In this document: positions 1 to 8,776 of the stretch, piece by piece
Layout of the letters: every line of letters begins with the position of its first letter
Numbering within the stretch: position 1 is the stretch's first letter
Assembly: GCA_041690135.1 (NCBI GenBank)
Contig: JAWLHY010000003.1
Coordinates: 160,001 to 224,000, forward strand
Reading direction: 5' to 3'
Source: Armatimonadota bacterium
GTDB lineage: Bacteria; Armatimonadota; SYMT01
Length of the DNA stretch: 64,000 bases
Translations under genes and position numbers: made by a program
The notes under the pieces: model-generated
Database searches by the model: none
What the model was told of the DNA's origin: nothing
Seen by the model: the letters and a program-made list of their open reading frames with translations, nothing else

Positions 1-1499
1 CGGGCAGCGTCTACGTCGCCAGTACCGCGGAGACGCTCGGGGTGTTTTCGACCGACATCCTCACCCTGAAGTTGGCGGCGAACACCGGGGAATTGCTGTG
101 GCAGACCCGCTTCGTCGGGGTCCCCGCGGATAGCCACGAGGCCACGGCGATCGCCGTCAGCCCCACGGGTGGCGTTTTCGTGACGGGCCGGACCTTCTTC
201 GAAGAGGAGCCGGGTGACTACCTGACGCTCCGGTACGCCGCGGCGAGCGGGGCTGAGGTGTGGTCCGCCACCTACAACGGTCCCGGGGACGGGCGGGACG
301 GCGCCACCGCTCTCGTCCTCACACCCACGGGCAATGTGTGCGTGACGGGGAGCTCCGTAGGGGCGGACGATACGGCCGACTACGCGACCCTGCTCTACAG
401 CCCGGCCGGTGGCGACCCGCTGTGGGTGTCCCGGTACAGCGGACCCGCGCGGGGAAACGATGATGCGATCGCGGTCGCCGTCGACAGTCAGGGCAACGTC
501 TACGTTACCGGGGCCTCTGCCGGGAACCTGGGCCAGGCACGCGACTTTGCCACCGTGAAGTATGCCGCCGGCAACGGCGCCCACCTTTGGGCCGCGCGAT
601 ACGACGGTCCCGGCGGCGAGGATGAAGCGAACGGGATCTTCGACCGGCCGGTGGCGATCCGCGTGGATGCGGACGGCAACGCCACCGTGACCGGGAGTGT
701 CGTTACCGGGAGCCTGCGCCACGACATCGGCACGGCCCGGTACAGCGCTACCGGGCAGCGGCAGTGGCTGCACCTGTTCGACACCCGCAACCTGGAGGAC
801 GTCGCCGCGGCACTGCGGTTAGACGGCGCGGGCAACGCGCTGGTAGTCGGCACCTCCGCCGCCAGCAACTTCTCCGGCGACCGCACCCTCCTCACCCTCA
901 AGTACCACCCGACCGGCTTCCGTTCCGGCGAGCCGCCCGCACCGACCCTGGTCTTCACCGAAAGCAGCAGCGACCGCCTGCTCCGCCGCCGGGACCAGGG
1001 GACGGTGATCTACGAGGAAGTGACGACCCACACGTTCCGGATCAGTTCCGGAGCCACCCTGTCGGAAGCGGAGATCGCCGGCTTCAACACCGCCACTCCC
1101 TTCTCGCTCTCCGTGGCCGGCTTCCAGTTCGACGGCCTGCTGGGCGACGACCCGCGCTACCGGCCGGGGAAAACGAGCGCCACGTTCACGGAGAGTGCAC
1201 CGGACGGCAGCGGCCGCACGCGCAAGACGCTGACGGTCACCGTCAACTGGGCCCAGGGCAAGCTCAAGATCACGATCACGGGCACGCCCGTGTATGCCGG
1301 CGACCTGCTGGCTTCCGGCTACCAGGACACTCCCACCGGCCGGATCACCGACAGCACCCCTGCTACCGTGTCCCTGGGAGATTACACCCAGGAGTTTGAG
1401 GTGGCCGTGACCGGTAAAGTGACCACCCGAGAAGTCCGCGATGGGGAGTTCTCGCTCTCTACCGTGAAGCTTTCGGGGAAGGGAACGGCGGTGGAGTAG
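1..1499 (+). CDS. 5'-truncated SBBP/PQQ-like beta-propeller repeat protein with a C-terminal beta-rich domain (likely secreted/surface)
   Basis: Frame is open from base 3. Repeated units such as AVDSQGNVYVTG...DFATVKY...LWAARYDG. Confidence 0.75.
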   Translation, partial: GSVYVASTAETLGVFSTDILTLKLAANTGELLWQTRFVGVPADSHEATAIAVSPTGGVFVTGRTFFEEEPGDYLTLRYAAASGAEVWSATYNGPGDGRDGATALVLTPTGNVCVTGSSVGADDTADYATLLYSPAGGDPLWVSRYSGPARGNDDAIAVAVDSQGNVYVTGASAGNLGQARDFATVKYAAGNGAHLWAARYDGPGGEDEANGIFDRPVAIRVDADGNATVTGSVVTGSLRHDIGTARYSATGQRQWLHLFDTRNLEDVAAALRLDGAGNALVVGTSAASNFSGDRTLLTLKYHPTGFRSGEPPAPTLVFTESSSDRLLRRRDQGTVIYEEVTTHTFRISSGATLSEAEIAGFNTATPFSLSVAGFQFDGLLGDDPRYRPGKTSATFTESAPDGSGRTRKTLTVTVNWAQGKLKITITGTPVYAGDLLASGYQDTPTGRITDSTPATVSLGDYTQEFEVAVTGKVTTREVRDGEFSLSTVKLSGKGTAVE

Positions 1500-1505
1500 G
1501 CAGGA

Positions 1506-1533
1506 GGCAGTGGGCAGTGGGCAGTGGGCAGTG
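1506..1533 (+). repeat. Heptamer tandem repeat (GGCAGTG)x4
   Basis: Read directly after the stop codon. A related GGCAGWN run lies at ~14350-14405. Confidence 0.85.
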
Positions 1534-1545
1534 CTGCCGCGGGGG

Positions 1546-1583
1546 AAAAGGCGCGGGAGGGGCAACTCTCCCGCGCCTTTTTT
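1546..1583. terminator. Bidirectional intrinsic terminator
   Basis: AAAAGGCGCGGGAG-loop-CTCCCGCGCCTTTTTT between convergent genes. Confidence 0.85.
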
Positions 1584-1590
1584 CGTGGGA

Positions 1591-2004
1591 TCAGGCCGTT
1601 GCTTCGGCGGCATCCTTCATGGTCCCGGCGAGAACGCCGTAGACGACCACCCAGGCTTCTTCCACCTCTGGCGTGAAGGCATCGCCCAGACCCTGGCCCA
1701 GGGTCCAGAGCAGCGCGGCGCCGACGGTGTCGTAATCCTCGTTCTTCACGCCGTACGCCACGTGCCGCTTCCCCAACGCCTGCACGGCGGGCACCACCTC
1801 GTCCAGCTTGTCGAGACTGCGCACAGCGAACGTAATGGTGTTCATCAGCACCTTCCGCTGTTCCGCCATGTCGGGCTTGAAGAGGGGCCGGAGCTTGGGG
1901 TCCAACTCGAACAGCTTCTCGTAGAACAGTTTGGCGGCGGTATCGGCAATGGGAACGACCTGTTCCCAGGTGGTCTGTACCAGGGTCTTCTGGGTGGGAG
2001 TCAT
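1591..2004 (-). CDS. Single-domain globin (Vitreoscilla-Hb/flavohaemoglobin globin-like)
   Basis: LFYEKLFELDP..LF, LGKRHVAYGV..Y..VGAALLWTL motifs; 137 aa. Confidence 0.92.
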   Translation of the reverse strand: MTPTQKTLVQTTWEQVVPIADTAAKLFYEKLFELDPKLRPLFKPDMAEQRKVLMNTITFAVRSLDKLDEVVPAVQALGKRHVAYGVKNEDYDTVGAALLWTLGQGLGDAFTPEVEEAWVVVYGVLAGTMKDAAEATA

Positions 2005-2217
2005 AGTTTACTTCAGATTCGTGGGTCGGGGACCGATTTGCGGTCCGGATCGATCGGCCGGGGGCCTGAGGAGATTATCGGGAGAGCCGGCTATCCGCCA
2101 AGAGGACTGCGGATCACCACGCCACCCATCCCGTCGCCCCACTGGCAGTCGGTGCGGAGACTGTCCCGAAGCCCATTCTGACAGGTAACACACGCGGGCG
2201 CAAGCGCCTCGACTGGT

Positions 2218-3894
2218 TCAGAACTTCTGGGTTACTTCGAGGTAACCGAGCAGCCCCGTGCTGCCGCCGCCATAAATGCGGTCGATAACGTCGCCGCCCC
2301 AGGCATACCCGAGGTAGCCGGAGAAGGTCGTGTTCTTACGCCACTGGTAATCCGCGCTCAGATCCACCAGCGTTGCCAGGCTGCGCTTGCCGCGGGAAGG
2401 TCGACCGCCGTAGCCGAAGGTGGGCCGCTGGAATGCCCCGCCGCCGAGGTACCAGAGATCGCTGTCGTCCGCGAGCCAGAGGCCGTGCACGTCACCGCGC
2501 AGCGTCAGCTTGGGGTGCGGCTTGACGATCACCTGGGCGAAAGCGTCGTTCAGGTTGGCGAGCGTGAAGAAGGGGAACCGGGCATAGATGCGCGGCGTGG
2601 GGAGGATCGGGAAGAACGTCTCATGCGAGCCGTCTCCCGGATCCTTATCGCCGCTGGCGTGGAAGAACCCGGCGCGGATCCACGGGTTCCAAACCGTGCC
2701 CTTCGGCTGGAACCCTAACTCCGCGGCGCCCGAGAAGGCGCTGTGGGAGAGGGAGCCGAAACCACCCACCTGCCCCGCAGCCCAGAGCAGGGCGTCCACC
2801 TTCCCCGTGGGCATCTCCCACAGGCCGATTGCGTGGCCCCCAAAGGTGCCGATGCTCACCTCCTGGGTATCGGCACGGCGCTCCGGCAGGGGACGGTTGT
2901 CCGTCTTCACCACGCCCTCCCGGTCGTCCAGGTAGTAGATTCCGAAGAGCCGTCCCTCCCCCTGGAACCCCTTCCACCGGTAGGCACGGGTGACGGAGGC
3001 GTAGCCCACCTTGATGTCGTCGAGCGTGGTCCCGCCATCGAGGTCGAACACCCCTTCCGTGGGCATGCCCGCGAACAGCGTAACGTTTTGATCGGGGGAG
3101 GTGTGCACGTACTGCCCGCCGTCGAAGCTCCGGCCCACGTGCGTGAACCCGAAGGTGCCGATCAGCCGGTGCGCGATGCGTTCTCGCTTTAGCCAGGCGA
3201 GGGAGGGGTCCTTCGGCATCACCTCTGCACCCTCGACGAACTCGAAGCGCCCGAGCCGCGCGTTGCTGCCGGGACCGGTGACCCCCTTCACCCGCCAGTA
3301 GGCCTGCTTTACGAAAAGGCTGGCTTCCTGGGACGTGTTGGCATCCCGGTAGGAGGGTCCCTGTCCCAACTGACCGAGGGGTCCCGGAAGAGTTGCGTCC
3401 GTGGGCAGGTTCAGAAGGGTCGGCTGCGCCAGTTCCAGGGCCAACTCGTGTTTCGGCGTGAGGTAAGTGGCGCCCACCCGGAGCAGCGAGCCAGTGTACG
3501 TGTAACGGCCCTCCGGCTGCGGGCCGAACCAGTCCCAGTACTCCTGGCGGACCCGCAGGCTGCCGCCCAGGATCAGTTGACGCTTCGGCGGGGGAGCCGG
3601 AGCCGGGGCGGTCGTGCGGGCCGCCGTGGGCGGCGCGCCGGCGGCAAGCATTCCCGGAGCGGTGGACGCCGGTGTGGTGGCTGTTTGCGCGACGGCTGCC
3701 GGTGCGGCGGGATCCGGCGAGGTGGCCGCCGGCGCCGCGGGAGGCATGCTGTCGGCCGCGCCGGCCGTGCTGGGGTGCAAACCCACCACGGCCAGCAGCA
3801 GGGCCGCGGCTCCGCGCCAGCTAATCGCCCCATGGTCCGGAATTGCAAGGTCCGTACACACGTCCCTACCGGCTCGATCGTTGCCTGAGTTCAT
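2218..3894 (-). CDS. Alginate export family outer-membrane beta-barrel protein
   Basis: Signal-like hydrophobic segment, Ala/Pro linker, RLGR..., GRSFDG, ASGDKDPGDG..ETF motif, C-terminal Phe. Start at ATG 3894 is my choice. Confidence 0.75.
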   Translation of the reverse strand: MNSGNDRAGRDVCTDLAIPDHGAISWRGAAALLLAVVGLHPSTAGAADSMPPAAPAATSPDPAAPAAVAQTATTPASTAPGMLAAGAPPTAARTTAPAPAPPPKRQLILGGSLRVRQEYWDWFGPQPEGRYTYTGSLLRVGATYLTPKHELALELAQPTLLNLPTDATLPGPLGQLGQGPSYRDANTSQEASLFVKQAYWRVKGVTGPGSNARLGRFEFVEGAEVMPKDPSLAWLKRERIAHRLIGTFGFTHVGRSFDGGQYVHTSPDQNVTLFAGMPTEGVFDLDGGTTLDDIKVGYASVTRAYRWKGFQGEGRLFGIYYLDDREGVVKTDNRPLPERRADTQEVSIGTFGGHAIGLWEMPTGKVDALLWAAGQVGGFGSLSHSAFSGAAELGFQPKGTVWNPWIRAGFFHASGDKDPGDGSHETFFPILPTPRIYARFPFFTLANLNDAFAQVIVKPHPKLTLRGDVHGLWLADDSDLWYLGGGAFQRPTFGYGGRPSRGKRSLATLVDLSADYQWRKNTTFSGYLGYAWGGDVIDRIYGGGSTGLLGYLEVTQKF

Positions 3895-3925
3895 TGGGTT
3901 CCTCTTTTTCCGGTCCTTGGCGCTG

Positions 3926-3974
3926 AGACAAAAGAGGGGCCGCGGGCACGCGCTGTGCGCTGCCGCCGCCCCTC
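3926..3974 (-). terminator. Candidate leader terminator/attenuator upstream of the porin gene
   Basis: Minus strand GAGGGGC-GGCGGCA-GCGC-aca-GCGC-GTGCCCGCG-GCCCCTC followed by TTTTGT, ~30 nt before the ATG. Confidence 0.45.
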
Positions 3975-4406
3975 CACCCTCGGAAGGAATTCTCTGTTCA
4001 GTTCGTTTGCCGGCTTCCCTGCCGAGCGCGCCGGAGCAGCCCGGCAAGTGAAGGGTAACCTGGGAGTATTACCGGAGAGTATCCTGAAGATGAAGAGTGT
4101 GTTACGGCCCTTTTTACAATAAGGCGCGACCCTGAACGGTCTCGCTCTGGAACAACACGCTGCCCACACCCACACCCGCAAGCGCCACCACACCCACTCC
4201 GTGGGTACCCGGGTGCCCGGCCCGAGCGTAAACACCCCCTCGGGGCGCAAGCCTCCGTGGGCGCCCGGTTTGGGTTCCAAGTGGCGGCCCATGTCACCTA
4301 ACCCGGACCCGCCACTTTCCCTCTCCCTCCATTCCTCCGCTCTCGCGGCTATATTCCATGCGGCAGGGGCCGACCGGTACGAGGACCGCTACAGGAGAGA
4401 AGAAGG

Positions 4407-4760
4407 ATGTATTTCACGCCGCGCATGCTTCAAGGCGTCTTTCCCTTCGAAGGGCAGGGGCTCGACCGCCCCCAGCCGCTGGCCGACCGCATGAGTTACG
4501 TGGTGCCCGAGGGAAGCCGGACCCAGTTGGTCTACTTCCGCGCCGGGAATTCCGCTCCGGAGTTGGTTTGCGCCACCCTGCTGCGCGACGGGGAGCCGAT
4601 GCGCCTGTTTCCGGTGGGCGCCCGGAACGACTGCCATATCTCCCTGGCGGTGATCGAGGACCTCCTCCCGGGAACCCGGCTGGAAGTGGTGCTCGCGGCC
4701 CCCGCAGGGGTACGCGGCGAGTTCGTGGTGGATGTGGGCCTGGTCGAGACGATGGACTGA
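4407..4760 (+). CDS. Small conserved protein of the family found beside assimilatory nitrate/nitrite reductases (often labelled molybdopterin oxidoreductase)
   Basis: LQGVFPFEGQG, YFRAGNS, MRLFPVGA, VDVGLVE motifs; AAGGA RBS-like sequence. Confidence 0.7.
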   Translation: MYFTPRMLQGVFPFEGQGLDRPQPLADRMSYVVPEGSRTQLVYFRAGNSAPELVCATLLRDGEPMRLFPVGARNDCHISLAVIEDLLPGTRLEVVLAAPAGVRGEFVVDVGLVETMD

Positions 4761-4770
4761 AGCAGCGATC

Positions 4771-6159
4771 GTGGATCCCGACTTTCGCCTGATGCTGGAA
4801 ACCCTGGCCGACGCCGTGGTCGCCGCCGACCGCGCCGGTCGCATCGTGTACGCCAACCCCGCGGCGGAGAAGCTGCTCGATTGGCCGCGCGGGGCGCTGG
4901 CCGGGCAACCGGTGACGGCGATCATCCCGGCCCATCTGCGCGCGCGCCACACCGCCGGTTTCAACCGGTACCGCGCCACCTGGGCGCCTCGGGTGCTGGG
5001 ACGGGCAATCCGGGTGGCCGCGGCGCGGAAAGGTGGGGCGGAACTGCGGATTGAGCTGACCCTGACCGCATACCGGGGCGGCGGGGGAAATGAGCTTTAC
5101 CTGGCCTCTCTCCGCCCCCTATCCCGCCAGCCTCAGACCGAAAGCCATCCCACCCCCACGCGCCCGCTGGGCGAGGATCCGCTCGGGGCGCTGTTGCCCC
5201 TCCTGAAGGAAGCCTTCGAGCCGGAGCACGTAGCGCGCCGGACGGTGGAAGCGCTGGCCGTGCATTTCCAGGCCACCTGCGCCCAGTTGTGGCTGCTGGA
5301 CCCGGAGACCGGAGACCTGCGGCTGCTGCGCCCTTCACTCGAGCTCGCCGGGCTGGAACGCCCGCCGGCGGCGATCTCCGTGGAAGGCGACCCGGGGCTC
5401 CTGGCCGAAGCCGCACGCACTCGCCAGCCGCAGCTCCGGCGGGAAAACCTGGCGGCGCTCACCCTCTGGGCCGGGCAGTGCGGCGTACCGGGATTGGAAG
5501 CGGTGCAAGCACTCCCCCTGGTCCAGGGAGGCGCGTTGCTGGGGGTGCTGGTGCACGGAGGGGCGGCACCGCTCCCAGAGGACCTCGTGCGCTCGCTGGC
5601 GGTTTACGCTTCCCTGGTGGCAGGAGCGCTTCAGGCGCTCCACAGCGCTGCCTTGACCACGCGGCAACAAACCGCCCTCGCGCAGGTAGAGGCTCTCCGG
5701 GAATGCAATCGTGCCATCGCCATGGGTGCGGCCGGCCCTCCCCTGCTGCAAGACCTGGTTCGCCGGGCGGTGGAGCTCACCGGGATGGATGGTAGCCTGC
5801 TGTTCCGCCCCGAGGATCAGGGATGGACGGTCGCGGCGAGCTGGGGGTACCGGCCCCCGTTGGAAGGGATGCCGGTCCCCGACGACGAGGCGATCCTGGC
5901 GGCTGTCCTGACCGGCCGCCGGCCCTGGCGTAGCGAGGCCTACGCGTCCGCGGCGGGAGCGCTTCCGGCGCTGCGCCAGCGTGGCATCCGCGCTGTAGTG
6001 GCGGCACCTTGCATCGTGCGGGGCATGATTGCCGGTGTGCTGGCGCTCGAGTCGCGGAAGGCGGGCCGCCACCTTATGGAAGAGGACGAGACTCGCGCGA
6101 CGGCCTTTGCGGAACAGATCGCCGTGGTACTGGAAATCGAACGGCTACGCGCATCCTGA
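4771..6159 (+). CDS. PAS-GAF-GAF sensory protein with no output domain
   Basis: PAS (DAVVAAD..GRIVYANPAAEKL) followed by two GAF-like segments ending FAEQIAVVLE. Start is uncertain (GTG 4771 or ATG 4791). Confidence 0.75.
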   Translation: MDPDFRLMLETLADAVVAADRAGRIVYANPAAEKLLDWPRGALAGQPVTAIIPAHLRARHTAGFNRYRATWAPRVLGRAIRVAAARKGGAELRIELTLTAYRGGGGNELYLASLRPLSRQPQTESHPTPTRPLGEDPLGALLPLLKEAFEPEHVARRTVEALAVHFQATCAQLWLLDPETGDLRLLRPSLELAGLERPPAAISVEGDPGLLAEAARTRQPQLRRENLAALTLWAGQCGVPGLEAVQALPLVQGGALLGVLVHGGAAPLPEDLVRSLAVYASLVAGALQALHSAALTTRQQTALAQVEALRECNRAIAMGAAGPPLLQDLVRRAVELTGMDGSLLFRPEDQGWTVAASWGYRPPLEGMPVPDDEAILAAVLTGRRPWRSEAYASAAGALPALRQRGIRAVVAAPCIVRGMIAGVLALESRKAGRHLMEEDETRATAFAEQIAVVLEIERLRAS

Positions 6160-6263
6160 ACCCGGTGGAGTACGCCTGCTCCCATGAGAAGGCGAATAGC
6201 CCCTCCCGGACGAGGTATTTACTAGCAAACGGACTTTAGATCTTGCAGGGATTACCTAAAATA

Positions 6264-6341
6264 GTACAGGGAACAAATTCCCTGTACGGAGGTCGAAGCC
6301 TCGTCCGGTGTCTCGCGGGACATCCGGGCGGGGCCTTTTTT
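6264..6341 (+). ncRNA. Candidate small RNA (hairpin + GGAGG + terminator)
   Basis: TAAAAT at 6257-6262; perfect hairpin GTACAGGGAA-CAAA-TTCCCTGTAC; then a GC stem with T6. Confidence 0.3.
6298..6341 (+). terminator. Intrinsic terminator
   Basis: GCCTCGTCCGG..TGTC/GACA..CCGGGCGGGGC followed by TTTTTT. Confidence 0.7.
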
Positions 6342-6356
6342 ATGGGGTGACCCGGG

Positions 6357-8591
6357 CTACCCTTCGCCGTGCGCCGCCGCCCGTACCGGCCTCTCCCCGC
6401 TCGGGGACGTCGCCATCGGGAGGCGCACGGTAAACGTGCTGCCCTGGCCGGGTCCCGTGCTTGCGACCGTAACGGAACCTCCGTGCATCTCGACCAGGCG
6501 CTTCACCAGCGTCAATCCGATCCCCAGGCCCCCGTCGGACCGCGCGAGCGAGCGTTGCCCCTGGGTAAACAGGTCGAACACTTGCGGCAACAGGTCCGGA
6601 GCGATCCCGATCCCGGTATCCCGGACCGTCAGGACGGCCTCGCCGGCGCCTGATTCGTTGCCGAGTGGGGAGAGTGTGCCGGTTGCCGTCCGTCCGTTAG
6701 CGCCGGCCGGATCGAGGGAAGACGGGCGCACGTCCACCTCCACCCAGATCCGCCCGCCGTCCGGGGTGTACTTGGCGGCGTTGTGAAGGAGATTGGAAAC
6801 GACCTGCGCTACCCGGGCGGGATCGGCCAGCAACGGTACGGGCTCCGGCGTGAGCCGAACCTCCACGCGGTGGCCACGACTCTCCAGTTGGGGCTGGGCC
6901 GCCTCCACTGCGTGTTCCACGATCGTGCGGAGGTTGATCGGCTCGCGGCGCAGTTCGATCTTGTTGCGGGTGATCCGGGAGACGTCGAGCAGGTCGTCCA
7001 GGAGGCGGGCCATATGCCGGGCCTGTCGCTCGATAATGTCGCGCTGGCGCCGGGCCGCGGGCAGCTCGAGCGCGCAAAGCTTGAGGACCTCGGTGGCGCT
7101 GAGGATGGGGGAAAGGGGGTTCCGCAGCTCGTGCGCCAGCATGGCCAGGAACTCGTCCTTGCGCCGGTCGGCCTCTGCCAGGGCAGCCTGGCTGGCCTGC
7201 GCCGCCTCCAGAGCTTCCTGGGCTTCCCGGTAGAGGCGTGCATTCTCGATGGCGGTGGCGGCGCGATACGCCAGGTCTTCCACCAGTGGGAGATCCTCCG
7301 GACCGTAGCGACGCCCGGATTCGGCCGCAAACAGCGACATCGCTCCCAGGGTGCGCCCCTGGCTGCGCAGGGGGAGGATCATACAGGAAGTCAGGCCGAC
7401 ACTGCGCAGGACCTCCAGTTGCTCGGCGTCGCGCGCCCCAGCGACCAGCATTTCGTCGGTGATTTCCGAATAGATCTCGACTTCGGCGGTCCGGATAACC
7501 CGCGGGACCCCGCTGGGGGCGTCCGGGTCGTACGCCCAGCGTTTCTCCAACTGCCGCGCCCAGGCGACTTTCGCCTCGTCCATGTGCGCGACGGCGACCT
7601 GCGAAACGCTCCCATCCGCCTGGACCACGTGGACGGTACACCAGTCCGCCAGGTAAGGGACCAGAAGATGCGCCAGATGCTGCAGCGTGGTTTCGTAATC
7701 CAGGGAGGCAGCCAGGATGCGGCTCGCGTCGGCGATAAAGAGCTGGGCCTCTTCGTTTCGCTTGCGCTCCGTGATGTCCACGCAGCTTCCCACGTAGCCG
7801 GCGAAAGCACCGTCTTCGGCGAACCGCGGCACGCCCGTATCGAGCATCCAGCGGTACTCGCCGGTGGCGCTGCGCAGCCGGAAGCGCGTGGTAAAGGGTC
7901 GCCTCTCCTGAAAGGCCTCCGCACAGGTGGCGAGATAGACCTGGTCGTCGGGGTGGACCCCGGTGGTCCAGCCGTCGCCCAGTTCCTCTTCCAGGGTCCT
8001 GCCGGTAAACTCCAGCCAGACCCGGTTGAAGTACACCCCCCGCTTTTGGGCATCGGACATCCAGATGAGTACCGGCGCGCTGTCGGCCAGATTCCGGAAG
8101 AGGACTTCGCTCTCGCGGAGCGCCTGCTCCGCTCGCAACAATTCTTCCGTATGGGCCGCCAGGGAGCGCTGCTCGTCTCGCTGCCGCCGCAGCACCTCTC
8201 GGGCCGCGTGAAGCTCGGTGACGTCCTGGAACACGTTGACCGCACCGACGAGCCGGCCGTCCGCATCGCGGATCGGATCGATATTCACCAGGGCCGTGAA
8301 GCGCGAGCCATCCGGCCGCTCGACCACCGCCTCCTGGTTGCGCACGGCTTCGCCCGTACGGAGGACCGCCGCCATCGGCGTTTCGTCGCGGGCGACCGAT
8401 CGTCCATCTAGCGTCAGCACGCGGAAACTGGCGCAGAACCGTTCGTCCGGATCGCCCAGGCACGGCTCGCGCCCCCAGAGCTCCACCGCTCGGCGGTTGC
8501 ACTGAAGGATAACGCCGGAGGGCGCCTCGCAGACGTAAACGGCCGCGGGGAGCAGGTCGAGCAGTTGAAGGTCGAGTTGCTGGAAGTCCAT
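6357..8591 (-). CDS. PAS/PAS/GAF sensor histidine kinase
   Basis: H-box FLAMLAHELRNPL, N-box NLLHNAAKYT, G1 DTGIGI, G2 GGLGIGL; no receiver domain. Start at ATG 8591 or up to 8612. Confidence 0.93.
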   Translation of the reverse strand: MDFQQLDLQLLDLLPAAVYVCEAPSGVILQCNRRAVELWGREPCLGDPDERFCASFRVLTLDGRSVARDETPMAAVLRTGEAVRNQEAVVERPDGSRFTALVNIDPIRDADGRLVGAVNVFQDVTELHAAREVLRRQRDEQRSLAAHTEELLRAEQALRESEVLFRNLADSAPVLIWMSDAQKRGVYFNRVWLEFTGRTLEEELGDGWTTGVHPDDQVYLATCAEAFQERRPFTTRFRLRSATGEYRWMLDTGVPRFAEDGAFAGYVGSCVDITERKRNEEAQLFIADASRILAASLDYETTLQHLAHLLVPYLADWCTVHVVQADGSVSQVAVAHMDEAKVAWARQLEKRWAYDPDAPSGVPRVIRTAEVEIYSEITDEMLVAGARDAEQLEVLRSVGLTSCMILPLRSQGRTLGAMSLFAAESGRRYGPEDLPLVEDLAYRAATAIENARLYREAQEALEAAQASQAALAEADRRKDEFLAMLAHELRNPLSPILSATEVLKLCALELPAARRQRDIIERQARHMARLLDDLLDVSRITRNKIELRREPINLRTIVEHAVEAAQPQLESRGHRVEVRLTPEPVPLLADPARVAQVVSNLLHNAAKYTPDGGRIWVEVDVRPSSLDPAGANGRTATGTLSPLGNESGAGEAVLTVRDTGIGIAPDLLPQVFDLFTQGQRSLARSDGGLGIGLTLVKRLVEMHGGSVTVASTGPGQGSTFTVRLPMATSPSGERPVRAAAHGEG

Positions 8592-8776
8592 AGCGTCGAC
8601 GGGGCGGAACAACTACTTCCCAGTTCGCTGGTGACGGAAAGTTTCCTTTCCGTCCGTTCGCACGGCCGGCAGCGAAGTTCACCCTAAAGGGAAACGAGCA
8701 AACAGCCAAATCCTGCTTGAGCCGGCAATACCGGCGGTCGAAGAGAGAGTATCTCGTCTACTCCCCGGAATGAATT

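Noticed and set aside
4148-4164. sigma54-like TGGAAC...CTGC
   Set aside because: The GG-to-GC spacing is off by one from the required 10 nt.
6697-8709. Long alternative-frame ORFs overlapping the kinases (also 6783-8411, 25253-26758, 59885-61633)
   Set aside because: Arg/Pro/Gly-rich or antisense shadows of well-supported genes.
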